A stretch of DNA of 50,390 nucleotides from Desulfuromonadaceae bacterium UBA2294 (lineage in GTDB: Bacteria; Desulfobacterota; Desulfuromonadia; Desulfuromonadales; UBA2294). The stretch lies in contig DDWE01000026.1 in the NCBI GenBank assembly GCA_002345625.1, positions 581 through 50,970 on the forward strand, in the 5' to 3' direction. A program made the position numbers and the translations under genes. This document shows, one piece after another, positions 11,310 to 21,422 of this stretch. Position 1 is the first letter of the stretch; the number at the start of each line of letters is the position of its first letter. A model generated the notes under the pieces. That model worked only from the letters and a program-made list of their open reading frames with translations, did not search any database and was not told where the DNA came from.

Positions 11310-12056
11310 TTGATTGTTCTAAAGACGGCTGCCGAATTGGCGAAGATGCGGGTGGCTGGCCGCATGGTGGCCGAAATTCTGGCGATCCTTCGTCAAAAAG
11401 TTGTGCCGGGTGTGACCACCCATGAACTTGATCGCATCGCCGAGGTTGAATGTCGAAAACGCAAGGCGCTTCCAGCATTTAAAGGGTATGGGGGGTTTCC
11501 CTACACCATTTGTGCCTCGCCGAATGAGAAAGTTGTTCACGGCTTTCCCGACAAAAAGCCCTTGGTGGCCGGCGATATTCTAAGTATCGATTTTGGTGTT
11601 CTTTACGATGGCTTTTACGGTGACGCCGCATTTACCGAGCCGGTCGGTTCAATCGACGCTGAAACGCAACGCTTATTGACGGTTACTGAGGATTCACTCC
11701 AGTCTGCTATCGCGATGGCGGTGGTTGGTAACCGGCTCTCGGATATTTCACACGCGGTTCAGGCGCGGGTTGAGGCTGAGGGTTTCAGTGTTGTACGAGA
11801 GTTTGTCGGCCATGGTATCGGGCGTAAACTTCATGAATCGCCGCAGATTCCCAATTATGGTGTTCCGGGCCAGGGTGTCCGTTTGAAGCCAGGGATGACA
11901 CTGGCAATCGAGCCGATGATCAATGTTGGCGTTCCAGGAGTGAAAGTTCTTGAGGACGGCTGGACGGCGGTTACCCAGGATGGCAAGCTTTCCTGTCATT
12001 TTGAGCATACGATAGCAATCACTGAAAATGGTCCAGAGATTCTCACTTCACTGTGA
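11310..12056 (+). CDS. map: Type I methionine aminopeptidase
   Basis: 248-aa ORF with a TTG start. It shows a FKGYGGFP...HG...D...D...H...E...E metal-ligand pattern, and its position after adk is conserved. Confidence 0.95.
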   Translation: MIVLKTAAELAKMRVAGRMVAEILAILRQKVVPGVTTHELDRIAEVECRKRKALPAFKGYGGFPYTICASPNEKVVHGFPDKKPLVAGDILSIDFGVLYDGFYGDAAFTEPVGSIDAETQRLLTVTEDSLQSAIAMAVVGNRLSDISHAVQARVEAEGFSVVREFVGHGIGRKLHESPQIPNYGVPGQGVRLKPGMTLAIEPMINVGVPGVKVLEDGWTAVTQDGKLSCHFEHTIAITENGPEILTSL

Positions 12057-12123
12057 AATCCAGATCAAATTGAACATGTGACGGATCCCGCTTCCGGGAT
12101 CGTAAGAAAAAGGAACAAGAGAT

Positions 12124-12237
12124 ATGAAAGTCCGCGCTTCGGTAAAGGCGATCTGCGATAAGTGCAAGATTGTCAAACGCAAGGGAATCGTCAGAGTGAT
12201 CTGTGAAAATCCCAAGCACAAGCAGAGACAGGGATAG
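12124..12237 (+). CDS. rpmJ: 50S ribosomal protein L36 (bL36), zinc-ribbon form
   Basis: Not in the ORF track because it is only 37 aa. My own translation gives [37 protein letters not shown], ending at TAG 12235-12237. Confidence 0.93.
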   Translation: MKVRASVKAICDKCKIVKRKGIVRVICENPKHKQRQG

Positions 12238-12249
12238 GAGGAACAGACA

Positions 12250-12618
12250 TTGGCACGCATAGCTGGTATCGATTTGCCGAGGAACAAACGGATTGAGGTG
12301 GCTCTCACCTATATCTACGGAATCGGGCGCTCCTCATCCCAGAAAATCCTGGCGACAGCCGGGGTGGATATGAACACTCGTTCCGATGATTTGACTGAGT
12401 CGGAAGTCGCCAAGTTGCGCGAGATCATCGACCGTGAATGTCGTGTCGAAGGCGATCTGCGTCGTGAGTCGGCGATGAACATCAAGCGCCTGATGGATCT
12501 TGGCTGCTACCGTGGTCTCCGTCATCGTCGCGGGCTGCCGGTCCGTGGCCAGAAGACCAAAACGAACGCCCGTACCCGCAAAGGTCCGCGTAAGACCGTT
12601 GCCGGCAAGAAGAAATAG
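12250..12618 (+). CDS. rpsM: 30S ribosomal protein S13 (uS13)
   Basis: 122-aa ORF with a TTG start, beginning [26 protein letters not shown]. Confidence 0.97.
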   Translation: MARIAGIDLPRNKRIEVALTYIYGIGRSSSQKILATAGVDMNTRSDDLTESEVAKLREIIDRECRVEGDLRRESAMNIKRLMDLGCYRGLRHRRGLPVRGQKTKTNARTRKGPRKTVAGKKK

Positions 12619-12629
12619 GTGGAGGAACC

Positions 12630-13022
12630 ATGGCTAAGCCGGGTAAAAGAGTCAGAAAAAAGGTAGAAAAGAAAAACGTTGCCAATGGCATTGTCCACAT
12701 TCAGGCGACGTTCAATAACACGATTGTCACGATTACTGATATCAGTGGCAACGTTATTTCCTGGGCGACTGCCGGTGGCCAGGGCTTTAAGGGGTCACGC
12801 AAGAGTACTCCTTTTGCAGCCTCCATTGCGGCCGAGTCGGCAGCCAAGAAAGCTCAGGAGCATGGCATGCGCAGTATTGAGGTGCGTGTCAATGGTCCCG
12901 GGTCTGGTCGTGAGTCGGCGCTGCGTGCGTTGCAGACCGCTGGCCTGACGGTCACCATGATCAAGGACGTCACCCCGGTTCCGCATAACGGATGCCGTCC
13001 GCCAAAACGCAGAAGAGTTTAA
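12630..13022 (+). CDS. rpsK: 30S ribosomal protein S11 (uS11)
   Basis: 130-aa ORF containing [18 protein letters not shown]. Confidence 0.97.
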   Translation: MAKPGKRVRKKVEKKNVANGIVHIQATFNNTIVTITDISGNVISWATAGGQGFKGSRKSTPFAASIAAESAAKKAQEHGMRSIEVRVNGPGSGRESALRALQTAGLTVTMIKDVTPVPHNGCRPPKRRRV

Positions 13023-13042
13023 GCGAATAAAGGAGATCGACG

Positions 13043-13672
13043 TTGGCGAGATATACCGGTTCCGTCTGCCGTCAGTGCAGACGTGAAAACATGAAATTGT
13101 TTCTCAAGGGCGACCGCTGCCATACCGAAAAATGCGCTGTTGAGCGCCGTAACTACGCTCCGGGTCAGCATGGTCAGGGGCGGATCAAGGTTTCCGATTA
13201 CGGGACCCAGTTGCGCGAAAAGCAGCGTGTCAAGCGTACTTACGGTCTGCTCGAGAAGCAGTTTCGTGACTACTTCTTTGAAGCGGATCGCCTGAAGGGC
13301 GTCACTGGCGAGAATCTTCTGGTTCTGCTTGAGCGTCGCCTCGACAGCATGGTCTTCCGTCTCGGTTTTGCGACCTCGCGCAATGAGTCGCGTCAACTGG
13401 TTCGGCACGGCCACTTCCGCGTCAATGGTCGCAAGGTGAATATCCCGTCCTACCAGGTCCGCCCGGGGGACGTCATTGAGGTGCGCGAGAAAAGTCGCGA
13501 GATCGCCCGTATCAATGAAGCCCTCGACGGCGTGATGCGGCGTGGCCTCCCTTCCTGGGTCGAGCTCGATCGTCCAGCCTTCAAAGGCACGATCAAGACT
13601 TTGCCGGTGCGTGCAGAAATGACCACGCCGGCGTTCCAGGAGCAGCTGATCGTCGAACTTTACTCCAAGTAA
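13043..13672 (+). CDS. rpsD: 30S ribosomal protein S4 (uS4)
   Basis: 209-aa ORF with a TTG start, beginning [26 protein letters not shown]. Confidence 0.97.
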   Translation: MARYTGSVCRQCRRENMKLFLKGDRCHTEKCAVERRNYAPGQHGQGRIKVSDYGTQLREKQRVKRTYGLLEKQFRDYFFEADRLKGVTGENLLVLLERRLDSMVFRLGFATSRNESRQLVRHGHFRVNGRKVNIPSYQVRPGDVIEVREKSREIARINEALDGVMRRGLPSWVELDRPAFKGTIKTLPVRAEMTTPAFQEQLIVELYSK

Positions 13673-13723
13673 ACAAGCCGACGGCGGTTTGCTGACGACT
13701 GCAACCTCAAACGGAGGATACGC

Positions 13724-14740
13724 ATGTATAGAAACTGGAGAGAACTCATCAAGCCGAAGCGGCTCCAGGTCGATACCGATTCCCTGAGTGATACTTATGG
13801 GAAGTTTTACGCCGAGCCCTTCGAGCGCGGTTTCGGGACGACGTTGGGTAACGCATTGCGGCGGATTCTGCTCTCCTCCTTACAGGGGGCGGCAATTTCC
13901 TCGGTACGTATTAAGGACGTTCTGCACGAGTTCTCAACTGTGCACGGCGTGACCGAAGACGTCACCGACATCATCCTCAATCTTAAAGGGGTGCTGTTGC
14001 GTGTGCACGGTAATGACAGCCGTAACATCCGCATCGTTAAAAAAGGGGCCGGATTGATCACGGCCGGTGATATCGTCACCGATTCCCACGTTGAAGTTCT
14101 CAATCCCGAGCATCACATTGCCACCTGTGGTAAGGAGTGTGATCTGGAGATGGAGATGGTGGTGTCGACCGGTAAGGGATATGTCCCGGCCGATCGTAAT
14201 CGTGATGAAAATGCGCCGATTGGCTCGATTCCGATTGATGCGATTTACACACCGATCAAGAAGGTCAACTTCATGGTGACGAATGCCCGCGTCGGGCAGA
14301 TCACTGACTATGACAAGTTGACCATTGAGATGACCACTGACGGCAGTGTCCGCCCTGATGATGCTTTGGCCTATGCGGCAAAAATTCTCAAGGAGCAGAT
14401 GCAGATCTTTATCAACTTCGATGAGAATATCGAGCCGCCTGATGCGACTCGTGATGAAGAGTCGAAGCGCATCAACGAGAACCTTTACCGTAGCGTCGAG
14501 GAACTCGAACTGTCGGTGCGTAGCGCCAACTGCTTGAAAAATGCCAACATTCGCCTCATTGGTGATCTGGTGCAAAGAAGCGAAGCGGAGATGCTCAAAA
14601 CCCAGAATTTCGGTCGTAAGTCCCTGAATGAAATCAAGGACATCCTCTCCGACATGGGTTTGACTTTGGGTATGTCCATCGACAACTTTCCCGATCCTGA
14701 ATATTTGAAAATGATCGAAAAGAGCGAAGAGAACATCTGA
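13724..14740 (+). CDS. rpoA: DNA-directed RNA polymerase alpha subunit
   Basis: 338-aa ORF. The N-terminus reads [20 protein letters not shown], and the C-terminal domain reads [16 protein letters not shown]. Confidence 0.98.
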   Translation: MYRNWRELIKPKRLQVDTDSLSDTYGKFYAEPFERGFGTTLGNALRRILLSSLQGAAISSVRIKDVLHEFSTVHGVTEDVTDIILNLKGVLLRVHGNDSRNIRIVKKGAGLITAGDIVTDSHVEVLNPEHHIATCGKECDLEMEMVVSTGKGYVPADRNRDENAPIGSIPIDAIYTPIKKVNFMVTNARVGQITDYDKLTIEMTTDGSVRPDDALAYAAKILKEQMQIFINFDENIEPPDATRDEESKRINENLYRSVEELELSVRSANCLKNANIRLIGDLVQRSEAEMLKTQNFGRKSLNEIKDILSDMGLTLGMSIDNFPDPEYLKMIEKSEENI

Positions 14741-14782
14741 TTCTGCTTCGTTCACGATAGAGTGTAGAAAGGAAAGCCTAAA

Positions 14783-15328
14783 ATGCGTCACAATAATACG
14801 GGCAGACGGCTTGGCCGCAATTCCAGCCACCGCAAGGCGATGATGCGCAACATGGTGACCTCGTTGATTGACCACGAGAAAATCACCACGACTGACGCCC
14901 GCGCCAAGGAACTGCGCAAACTTGCCGAAAAGATGGTTACCCTGGGCAAACGCGGTACGCTGCATGCCCGCCGTCAGGCGCTGCAGGTGATTCAGGACAA
15001 GAAAGTTGTCGACAAGCTGTTTGAGCGCTTGGCTCCGCGCTTCAGCAAGCGTGAAGGTGGTTATACTCGCATTGTTAAGCTCGGTTTTCGTACCGGGGAC
15101 AATGCGGCACTGTCGCTGATCGAATTTGTCGAAGAAGAGTTTACGGCAAAAGTTAAAGCGAAGAAGCCGGTGGCGGACAAAGCTGTTAAAGCAGCGCCTG
15201 CTCCAGTTGCAGTTGCTGAAGAGGCCGTTGCCGAAGAGGCCGTTGCCACGGATGAGGTCGCTGAGGTTGAAGAGGCTGCGCCGGCTGAAGAGGCTGCGCC
15301 CACTGAAAAGACCAAAGACGCAGAATAA
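14783..15328 (+). CDS. rplQ: 50S ribosomal protein L17 (bL17) with an Ala/Glu-rich C-terminal extension
   Basis: Begins [20 protein letters not shown]. At 181 aa it is longer than usual, with a low-complexity tail from about aa 117. Confidence 0.96.
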   Translation: MRHNNTGRRLGRNSSHRKAMMRNMVTSLIDHEKITTTDARAKELRKLAEKMVTLGKRGTLHARRQALQVIQDKKVVDKLFERLAPRFSKREGGYTRIVKLGFRTGDNAALSLIEFVEEEFTAKVKAKKPVADKAVKAAPAPVAVAEEAVAEEAVATDEVAEVEEAAPAEEAAPTEKTKDAE

Positions 15329-15343
15329 GTAATAAACTTAGTT

Positions 15344-15390
15344 ACAACAAAGAGGCGGCTTCCGTAGGGAGACCGCCTCTTTGTCGTTGT
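15344..15390 (+). terminator. Rho-independent terminator of the ribosomal superoperon
   Basis: A 12-bp stem (15347-15358 pairs with 15373-15384, core AAAGAGGCGG/CCGCCTCTTT) is followed by a T-rich run. It lies 16 nt after the rplQ stop. Confidence 0.75.
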
Positions 15391-15431
15391 GCCCATATCC
15401 GAACAAAGCCGGTCATAACCATTGCTGCATA

Positions 15432-15469
15432 ACTAAAAAGAGGTCAGCATTTAACATGCTGGCCTCTTT
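15432..15469 (-). terminator. Hairpin terminator downstream of tRNA-Val
   Basis: On the minus strand the sequence reads AAAGAGGCCAGCAT-GTTAA-ATGCTGACCTCTTTTT, a stem followed by a T-tract. It lies 9 nt after the tRNA 3' end. Confidence 0.7.
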
Positions 15470-15477
15470 GCAGTTTC

Positions 15478-15552
15478 TGGTGGGCGTTCACAGGATCGAA
15501 CTGTGGACCCCTGCCGTGTGAAGGCAGTGCTCTCCCGCTGAGCTAAACGCCC
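15478..15552 (-). tRNA. tRNA-Val (anticodon CAC), CCA encoded
   Basis: The reverse complement is GGGCGTTTAGCTCAGCGGGAGAGCACTGCCTTCACACGGCAGGGGTCCACAGTTCGATCCTGTGAACGCCCACCA. It shows a 7-bp acceptor stem, D-loop AGCTCAGCGGGAGAGC, anticodon stem CTGCC/GGCAG with loop TTCACAC, and a GTTCGATCC T-arm. Confidence 0.93.
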
Positions 15553-15569
15553 GAAAAGTGCGAGTGCGT

Positions 15570-15598
15570 TATATAGCAAGTCGACGTACGTCTGTCAA
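15570..15598 (-). promoter_or_regulatory. Sigma70-type promoter for tRNA-Val
   Basis: On the minus strand the sequence reads TTGACA, a 17-nt spacer, then TATATA. The -10 element ends 17 nt upstream of the mature tRNA 5' end. Confidence 0.6.
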
Positions 15599-15617
15599 GA
15601 GAATCGCGCGCGTTTTC

Positions 15618-16022
15618 TCAGCTGTCGACTAACGCCTTGCGCAAAGAGTCGGGTAATGTTGTCGGACGACGCTCAGGGCCACCAAGAACGACATGCACGG
15701 TGCTCCCCTCAGCGAGCAGAACGGTGTCACGCAGGGCGCGATAGGAGAATTTAAGGGTCTTGCCTTTGGCCTGTTCCAGCGTGGTTTCGATGGTCACCAG
15801 GTCTTCGTAGTAAGCCGGAGCACGATAGCGTACCGATGCATCTGCGACGACGACAAAATAGCCGGATTTCTCAAAACGGGTGTAGTTCAGATCGATCTGC
15901 CGTAGATAGTCTGAGCGTCCTTCCTCAAACCAGACCAGATAGTTGGCATGGTGGACAATTCCCTGTGCATCGGTTTCGGCATAGCGGACGGTCAGTTGCA
16001 ATTGTCTGGTTGTCGCCATCAC
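15618..16022 (-). CDS. Acyl-CoA thioesterase, 4HBT/YbgC (hotdog) family
   Basis: 134-aa ORF. Contains VRYAETDAQGIVHHANYLVWFEEGRSDYL, which is typical of the YbgC/4-hydroxybenzoyl-CoA thioesterase family. Confidence 0.85.
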   Translation of the reverse strand: MMATTRQLQLTVRYAETDAQGIVHHANYLVWFEEGRSDYLRQIDLNYTRFEKSGYFVVVADASVRYRAPAYYEDLVTIETTLEQAKGKTLKFSYRALRDTVLLAEGSTVHVVLGGPERRPTTLPDSLRKALVDS

Positions 16023-16043
16023 GACATCTCCTTGAATGTGGTG

Positions 16044-17435
16044 TTAGTCGGCATCTCTGTTGTCGGATCCATTCTCGCTTGAGCGCATCTGTCGATGCAG
16101 GGAGACTGCGAGCCCACTGATGAGCAGAACACCTCCGCCAAGCAAAACCCAGAGGATGATCTTCTTCCAGGGTAAAGTGGCATTGATCGGCTCCAGTGGC
16201 TGTTCACCGCCGAGTGATAATTCCTGCCGCGACCAGGCCTGGCCCGGTGTTATTTGGTCATGCTTCAGATAATCGACAGGGAATCGGGCCGGACCGACTC
16301 GTTGGCTGCCGGCCGCAAGGAGAAAAGGCGGTTCACCCTGTGCCAGGAACAACACCCGGTCAGGTCGCCAGCCAAAATCGATTGAAGGAGGTGCTTGCAA
16401 CCCGGCTTCACTCGGAGTGCACTCCAGTCGCCAGTTACGGTGGCGATTTCGGCTGACGGCAACGGTTGGAGAAGCAATTTCGCTGGTTCCGCGACCCAAC
16501 CGATAAACCAGTCCACGCCAACGTGACTGCCAGGGTCCGACGGGTAACTCCGCAGACTCAAGCCGACACTCGGCGAGGGTGTTACTGACTGGCAACAGTA
16601 AACGGATCTCTTCTATTGGTAATGGTCCGGGGAGTTGAAATTCATAGGACCGGTTGTTGTCTGCTGTGGTCACTGCCCGAGCTGTGTAGTGTTGCAAGGG
16701 CAGCGAAATTTGCCGGGTGGTTTCGTAACTTAGATCGATAGAGGTCAGTTCAAGGGAGGCCAGAGCAGGCGGCCAGGTAAGGCGCAGGTAGCGCAGTGGT
16801 TGATGCGGTAAAACGACGCGATTTTGCTCCAGACGTTGGCCTTGAAACGAAAGACTGGCGATTGCAGCGGTCGTCAGGGGGGTCCAGTGCGTCAGATCGC
16901 TGCTGTTGTCGATGCGTACTTCACCGATGGCGTCGATATTTGTCGGCGCCCAGGACAAGGTCAAGGCCTTGGTTCGTCCGGTTTTTGCCGGCCCCGTGTC
17001 GACCAGCCAGCCAGAGGGATTGCCGTTTTTAGTAGGTTGATCGTCACGAGAGCGCAGGTCGACGATAGTGCCGCCGGCACCCCGCTCGATATGCAGGCTG
17101 AGGTCGCCGGGGAGTTCTCCGTCACTGGTGGCCGGTAGTGGAAAGAGCGTCAGGGTGCGGTGCTGGGTCGACGTATCGACGGCGACAGCCGGTTGTGGCC
17201 GCAGCTGGTGTGGAACAACAGCTGCCGAGGCGTTAAAGACCCGCAGATCGCCTAAATCGCTCCGAGTAATGACATGATAGGCGGCTGCGGGCAAATCGAG
17301 TTCATAAAAGGTTGCCTCCCGGTCGAGCTCGAGATGAAAACCGGTCGAGAAATCCTGTGGTGAGACAGCACTGGCGGCCGCCGGGAGAAGAAGACTCGCT
17401 ACAAGTAGCCACCAGAAGGGTCGAAGATGATTCAT
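16044..17435 (-). CDS. DUF3999-like exported protein with a C-terminal TM anchor
   Basis: 463 aa. It has a signal peptide (MNHLRPFWWLLVASLLLPAAASA). The N-terminal region (FYELDLPAAAYHVITRSDLGDLRVFNASAAVVPHQL) matches my recollection of the DUF3999 family. A C-terminal hydrophobic helix (ILWVLLGGGVLLISGLAV) is present. Its start overlaps the DUF2339 stop by 4 nt. Confidence 0.7.
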   Translation of the reverse strand: MNHLRPFWWLLVASLLLPAAASAVSPQDFSTGFHLELDREATFYELDLPAAAYHVITRSDLGDLRVFNASAAVVPHQLRPQPAVAVDTSTQHRTLTLFPLPATSDGELPGDLSLHIERGAGGTIVDLRSRDDQPTKNGNPSGWLVDTGPAKTGRTKALTLSWAPTNIDAIGEVRIDNSSDLTHWTPLTTAAIASLSFQGQRLEQNRVVLPHQPLRYLRLTWPPALASLELTSIDLSYETTRQISLPLQHYTARAVTTADNNRSYEFQLPGPLPIEEIRLLLPVSNTLAECRLESAELPVGPWQSRWRGLVYRLGRGTSEIASPTVAVSRNRHRNWRLECTPSEAGLQAPPSIDFGWRPDRVLFLAQGEPPFLLAAGSQRVGPARFPVDYLKHDQITPGQAWSRQELSLGGEQPLEPINATLPWKKIILWVLLGGGVLLISGLAVSLHRQMRSSENGSDNRDAD

Positions 17436-20179
17436 GATGGGTCTCCTTCATCGCTGCGGTGTGGCGGCAATGGGGCCAGATAACCGACCAAAAGACAGAG
17501 CAGACCGACGCCGATAAAGGAGATGATCCGTTCGACGGTACTGGTGTTGGCCAGGTCAAAGGTAAACAGTTTGACAATGACCAGTGCAATCAGCGCGCTA
17601 CCAATGAGCCAGATCGGACGCAACCCGCGCCGGGCGCCGGACCACATCACCAGCAGGGCGGTCACCGTCCAGAAAATAGAGAAGGTGGTCTGGGCCAGGT
17701 CAGAATTCACCATGCTGTGAAGATGAAAAGGGATTTTGCCGAGGTGGTGCAGGGCGCGGACGACAGCGGCGTTCAGCCACCAGAACAGGCTGCCGGCGCT
17801 GATAATGACCAGTGTAAACCGGTTCAGTCCCAGCGGTGACGTTTTCAGATGATTGTAAACCGTAAACAGCCAGATGCCGAGGACCGCAAGAACTCCGGCC
17901 TGAGCCAGATCAAGCGGGTTAAGCAGCGGGAGATACATCAGGGGCCAGGGGTCACCGCGGGATACAAGACTGGTTCCGAGGGCGCCAAGCCAGAGCAGAA
18001 CAGCAATTGGGGCTGCAGCGATTTGCAGATAGGACTGCAGGTGGGAGCGCAGCGGCCAGATCGGAAGGTTTCGCAGCAGGCAGAGCGCGAGGAGAAACAG
18101 GGCCGGTACAATGCCGATCACCACAAATGGCCAGACACCGGCGCCATCAACGAGGTGGTCGGTCCACCAGGCGATCTCCCAGGTGACAAGACTCAGCAGT
18201 AGCCAGAAGGTGAGGATATGCAGCCAGCGGACCACCGTTGGCAATTGCGGTTCGCTCTGCTCATCCTGGTGGAGCAGGGAGAAGAGGATGGCAAAGGCGA
18301 GCGGCCAGGCAATGGCTCCTCCATATAGTGACGGGTGGCGGAAGGTGTGATCGATACAGAAGGCTAAAGCGCCATAGAGCGCTGGTGTCAGCCCGAAGTA
18401 GACCCGACGCAGGTGCGGCCAGTTTGCGCGGGATCCGCACAGGTAGGCGAGCAGGGAAGAGAGTGTGATAAAGGCGATCGCTACGGCAAACCGCTCACGA
18501 CCGAGGACGTGAAGCTCGATTTCGTGCAGACCGTTGCCAAACCACCAGAGCAACCCCCAGGCAAAGGCGCCGAGGCTTTCGGCTGGGGCGCTGGCGAAGC
18601 GGTCGCGATGCCGGTGTAGGTAGTAGCCGCTGAACAGACCGGCAACGGCGATCAGCCCCGCACCGAGGAAGACGCCATTGATCACCGGCGTCAGGCTGGT
18701 CGGTTCGTGCATCGCATCGAGAAACGCGCCACCGGCCAGAATTTGCAACACCAGACCGGAGATCCGGGCCAGCCAACGTTGCTGACGAACGGCGATCCAG
18801 AGCAGGGCCGCCCCCTCCAGAGCCCAGGCCGCTGCTGTCCATCGACCATCAAGGGCCAGTGGGATGGCGACCGTACCAAAGACGACGCCGATGGCTATAT
18901 AGGCGGAAGCCAGGGTGTGCCAGGCTCTGCCGGCGCGACGCACCAAAGCCGCAGCGAGCAGGGAGTAGAGCAGGCCAAGGGCGAGAGCGGACCAGGCCAG
19001 GCCGTACTCGTAGGGTTTGACCAGCCCGGCCTGGAGCGCGAAGCAAATGATGGGTGTGCCAAAGACCATGGACCCGTCAACGTAGCCTTGCCAGGCGGCC
19101 GTCTGGTTGCGGGCGAAGAGCAGGCCGATGACCAGATAGAAAACAAAGAACAGTAGCAGAAAGGCCTCTGTCGACCAGAACAGGTCGGGACGGTAAGAAC
19201 CGAACCCCCAGGCGGTGCCGATCCCAAAGGTAAAGAGGAATCCGACCAGGTTGAGTTCGCGCCAGGAGCGATGCCAGGCGATGAGGACAATGCCGAGGTT
19301 GAGCAGGGCATAGTAAGAGAAGAGCATGATATGGCTGCCGCCACCGGTGGAGGTTAATACCGGGGCGAGGAAGCCGCCGATGATGCCGATCACCGCCAGC
19401 ATCCGTGCATCCTGAAGTATGGCCAATGCGGCCGATGCGATGGACATGACCACCAGCAGGGCGAGGGCGAACCCGACCGGCAACAGCTGGTAAAGGCGCA
19501 GGGCGGCAAAGATGGTCAGGTAAAGGACACCGACCGCTCCGCCCTGGACAATCAGGGCGTACCCGGGGCGCGAAAGACGTAATCGCCAGCCGAATAGCAG
19601 CAGAGCAATGGCACTTGCCGCAACGCCGAGCAGGCGCAGCTCAATCGGGATGATGTTGCGCTCGGCAGAGTATTTCAGCAGAAAAGCGACACCGAAAAAG
19701 AGGACGATAACGCCGGCCCGGACAATCACGTTGCCACCGGTGAAATAACTCACGACAATCTGCCATAGATCGAAGGCCGGCTCCTTGTCACGAGATGCAG
19801 ACGGGGCGGGTGTCGCCGGACGCGGCGGGGTTGTTGGTCGAGGAGCGGTTCCAGGTGAACCGGGCGTTAGCGCCGATGACGGGCGCAGCGGTTCAAAAAT
19901 GAAATCATCTCCGGCTGTCGGCACCGGAGTGGACGCTTGTCGCAGTGTGGTGGTTACTGCTGCGGGTTGCGTCTGTGGTCGGGAGGCTGGCGGGGTGGCC
20001 GCTCGCTTTAATTCTTCCAGCGCCGCTTCGCTGCGCTCAAGCCTCTTCTCCAGCCGCTGGTCGCGCAGCCAGAGGACGGCGAGCAGACCGCCCCAGAGCA
20101 GCCAGGCGCCGAATTCGTGACGGTTAAAATAGAAAAAAGCTCCGGCCGCTGCACCGGCGGCGAGGATCAATACGGGCAT
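17432..20179 (-). CDS. DUF2339-like large polytopic membrane protein
   Basis: Start taken at ATG 20179 (MPVLILAAG), which follows an AAGGAGGG SD; the ORF track opens at 20251. After an N-terminal TM segment come a charged coiled-coil-like stretch (RDQRLEKRLERSEAALEELKR), a Pro-rich linker and more than 20 hydrophobic helices. This is the DUF2339 pattern. Confidence 0.75.
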   Translation of the reverse strand: MPVLILAAGAAAGAFFYFNRHEFGAWLLWGGLLAVLWLRDQRLEKRLERSEAALEELKRAATPPASRPQTQPAAVTTTLRQASTPVPTAGDDFIFEPLRPSSALTPGSPGTAPRPTTPPRPATPAPSASRDKEPAFDLWQIVVSYFTGGNVIVRAGVIVLFFGVAFLLKYSAERNIIPIELRLLGVAASAIALLLFGWRLRLSRPGYALIVQGGAVGVLYLTIFAALRLYQLLPVGFALALLVVMSIASAALAILQDARMLAVIGIIGGFLAPVLTSTGGGSHIMLFSYYALLNLGIVLIAWHRSWRELNLVGFLFTFGIGTAWGFGSYRPDLFWSTEAFLLLFFVFYLVIGLLFARNQTAAWQGYVDGSMVFGTPIICFALQAGLVKPYEYGLAWSALALGLLYSLLAAALVRRAGRAWHTLASAYIAIGVVFGTVAIPLALDGRWTAAAWALEGAALLWIAVRQQRWLARISGLVLQILAGGAFLDAMHEPTSLTPVINGVFLGAGLIAVAGLFSGYYLHRHRDRFASAPAESLGAFAWGLLWWFGNGLHEIELHVLGRERFAVAIAFITLSSLLAYLCGSRANWPHLRRVYFGLTPALYGALAFCIDHTFRHPSLYGGAIAWPLAFAILFSLLHQDEQSEPQLPTVVRWLHILTFWLLLSLVTWEIAWWTDHLVDGAGVWPFVVIGIVPALFLLALCLLRNLPIWPLRSHLQSYLQIAAAPIAVLLWLGALGTSLVSRGDPWPLMYLPLLNPLDLAQAGVLAVLGIWLFTVYNHLKTSPLGLNRFTLVIISAGSLFWWLNAAVVRALHHLGKIPFHLHSMVNSDLAQTTFSIFWTVTALLVMWSGARRGLRPIWLIGSALIALVIVKLFTFDLANTSTVERIISFIGVGLLCLLVGYLAPLPPHRSDEGDPS

Positions 20180-20195
20180 CGTCGCACCCTCCTTG

Positions 20196-21422
20196 TCAAA
20201 AATACCAGCGCAGTAACGCCCCACCGCTGTCACCCATACTCCCGAACTCACTGCGCGGCAGTGAGGAACCGGGATAGGGCGGAGAGCCGTTGGCTACAGC
20301 ATAAAACAGGTCAAGACTCAGGTTGCCGGTCAGCGAGCAGGTGATCTGCGGGCGTAAAAGACTCGAGTCGTCATCCAAATTCCAGATCAGCAGGGTGCTG
20401 AGTGTGACCAGCGGGTGCATCTCCCAACTCGGCGAGATCAGCAGATAATGCCGGCCGAGCAGGGAACTGAGCCCCTCCCTGAGTGGCGCAGACGCCACCA
20501 CTTGCGGGTAACGTTGCGGGTCGCTGCTGCCGACGCCGTTGTAGAGCCCCTCAACCAACAGAACCAGACCGTTGTCGAAACGGTACCAGAATTCGATCCC
20601 TCCCTGCCAGAAATATTCATACAAATCGCCGCCAGGAGTATCGACATCCTGGCCGCGGTAAGCGGTTGCTTCAACCTTGACCCCGAGAGATTTAATATCA
20701 CCGGCAAGCCCGACGCCCAACAAAGGGCGGTGACGCAAACTGCCGGTCAGGGCTAGGAGATCGACGTTGTTGAAGGTGTCGGCATAGGTAAGCAGATAGC
20801 TGTTTTCACGGGCGGTTTCGCCAAAGACGATGATGCCGTTGGTTTGACTGCCGCGATTTGTTGAAAAGATCGCACGCACAGCATCGACACCGGGGCGGAC
20901 ATCGGTGTCGAGAGCTTCGGGCGAGAAGGGGTTGATGACGTCGAGGGGCGACGCGATAACGATACGGCCGAAGCCGATCGCCTGACGCCCCATACTCCAG
21001 TCGAACGCACCGTGGCGGCCGCGGAGCAGCAGACGGTCGATCTGCAGGGTGTCGGCAAGATGTTCTGTCCCGCCCCAACTGCCTTCAAGATCGAAGTAAC
21101 GACCGGATGATGTGGAGGGTAGTGGCGTTTGGAGTGGAGAACTTCGGTACAGGATCAGGTTGTCGAGGGCCAGCTCGAAGCGAAGACCCGGTTGCAGCTC
21201 GTGCTGCAGGTCGAGACGTTGCCCCGAGGCGGTGAAAGTGCTGTGTTCCCCTCCAGGTCCTGGTGGCGCGGCAGAGACGACCGAGAGGCTTTTCAGGTGC
21301 CCACTGACTTCAAAAGCCAGCACTGGACCGGCGCATGACAGACTGAACAACAGGACGCAAAGTCCGAATCGCCATCGCGGTCGCCGGTGACCCGGACGGT
21401 TACAGTGGTTGGCGCACATCAT
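20196..21422 (-). CDS. Putative outer-membrane beta-barrel protein (porin-like, family not assigned)
   Basis: Has a signal peptide (RRPRWRFGLCVLLFSLSCAGPVLA). The sequence is Gly/Tyr/Asp-rich with an alternating pattern, and it ends in LLRWYF with a terminal Phe, typical of outer-membrane barrels. Start ATG 21422 is chosen provisionally; the ORF track opens at 21470. Confidence 0.6.
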   Translation of the reverse strand: MMCANHCNRPGHRRPRWRFGLCVLLFSLSCAGPVLAFEVSGHLKSLSVVSAAPPGPGGEHSTFTASGQRLDLQHELQPGLRFELALDNLILYRSSPLQTPLPSTSSGRYFDLEGSWGGTEHLADTLQIDRLLLRGRHGAFDWSMGRQAIGFGRIVIASPLDVINPFSPEALDTDVRPGVDAVRAIFSTNRGSQTNGIIVFGETARENSYLLTYADTFNNVDLLALTGSLRHRPLLGVGLAGDIKSLGVKVEATAYRGQDVDTPGGDLYEYFWQGGIEFWYRFDNGLVLLVEGLYNGVGSSDPQRYPQVVASAPLREGLSSLLGRHYLLISPSWEMHPLVTLSTLLIWNLDDDSSLLRPQITCSLTGNLSLDLFYAVANGSPPYPGSSLPRSEFGSMGDSGGALLRWYF

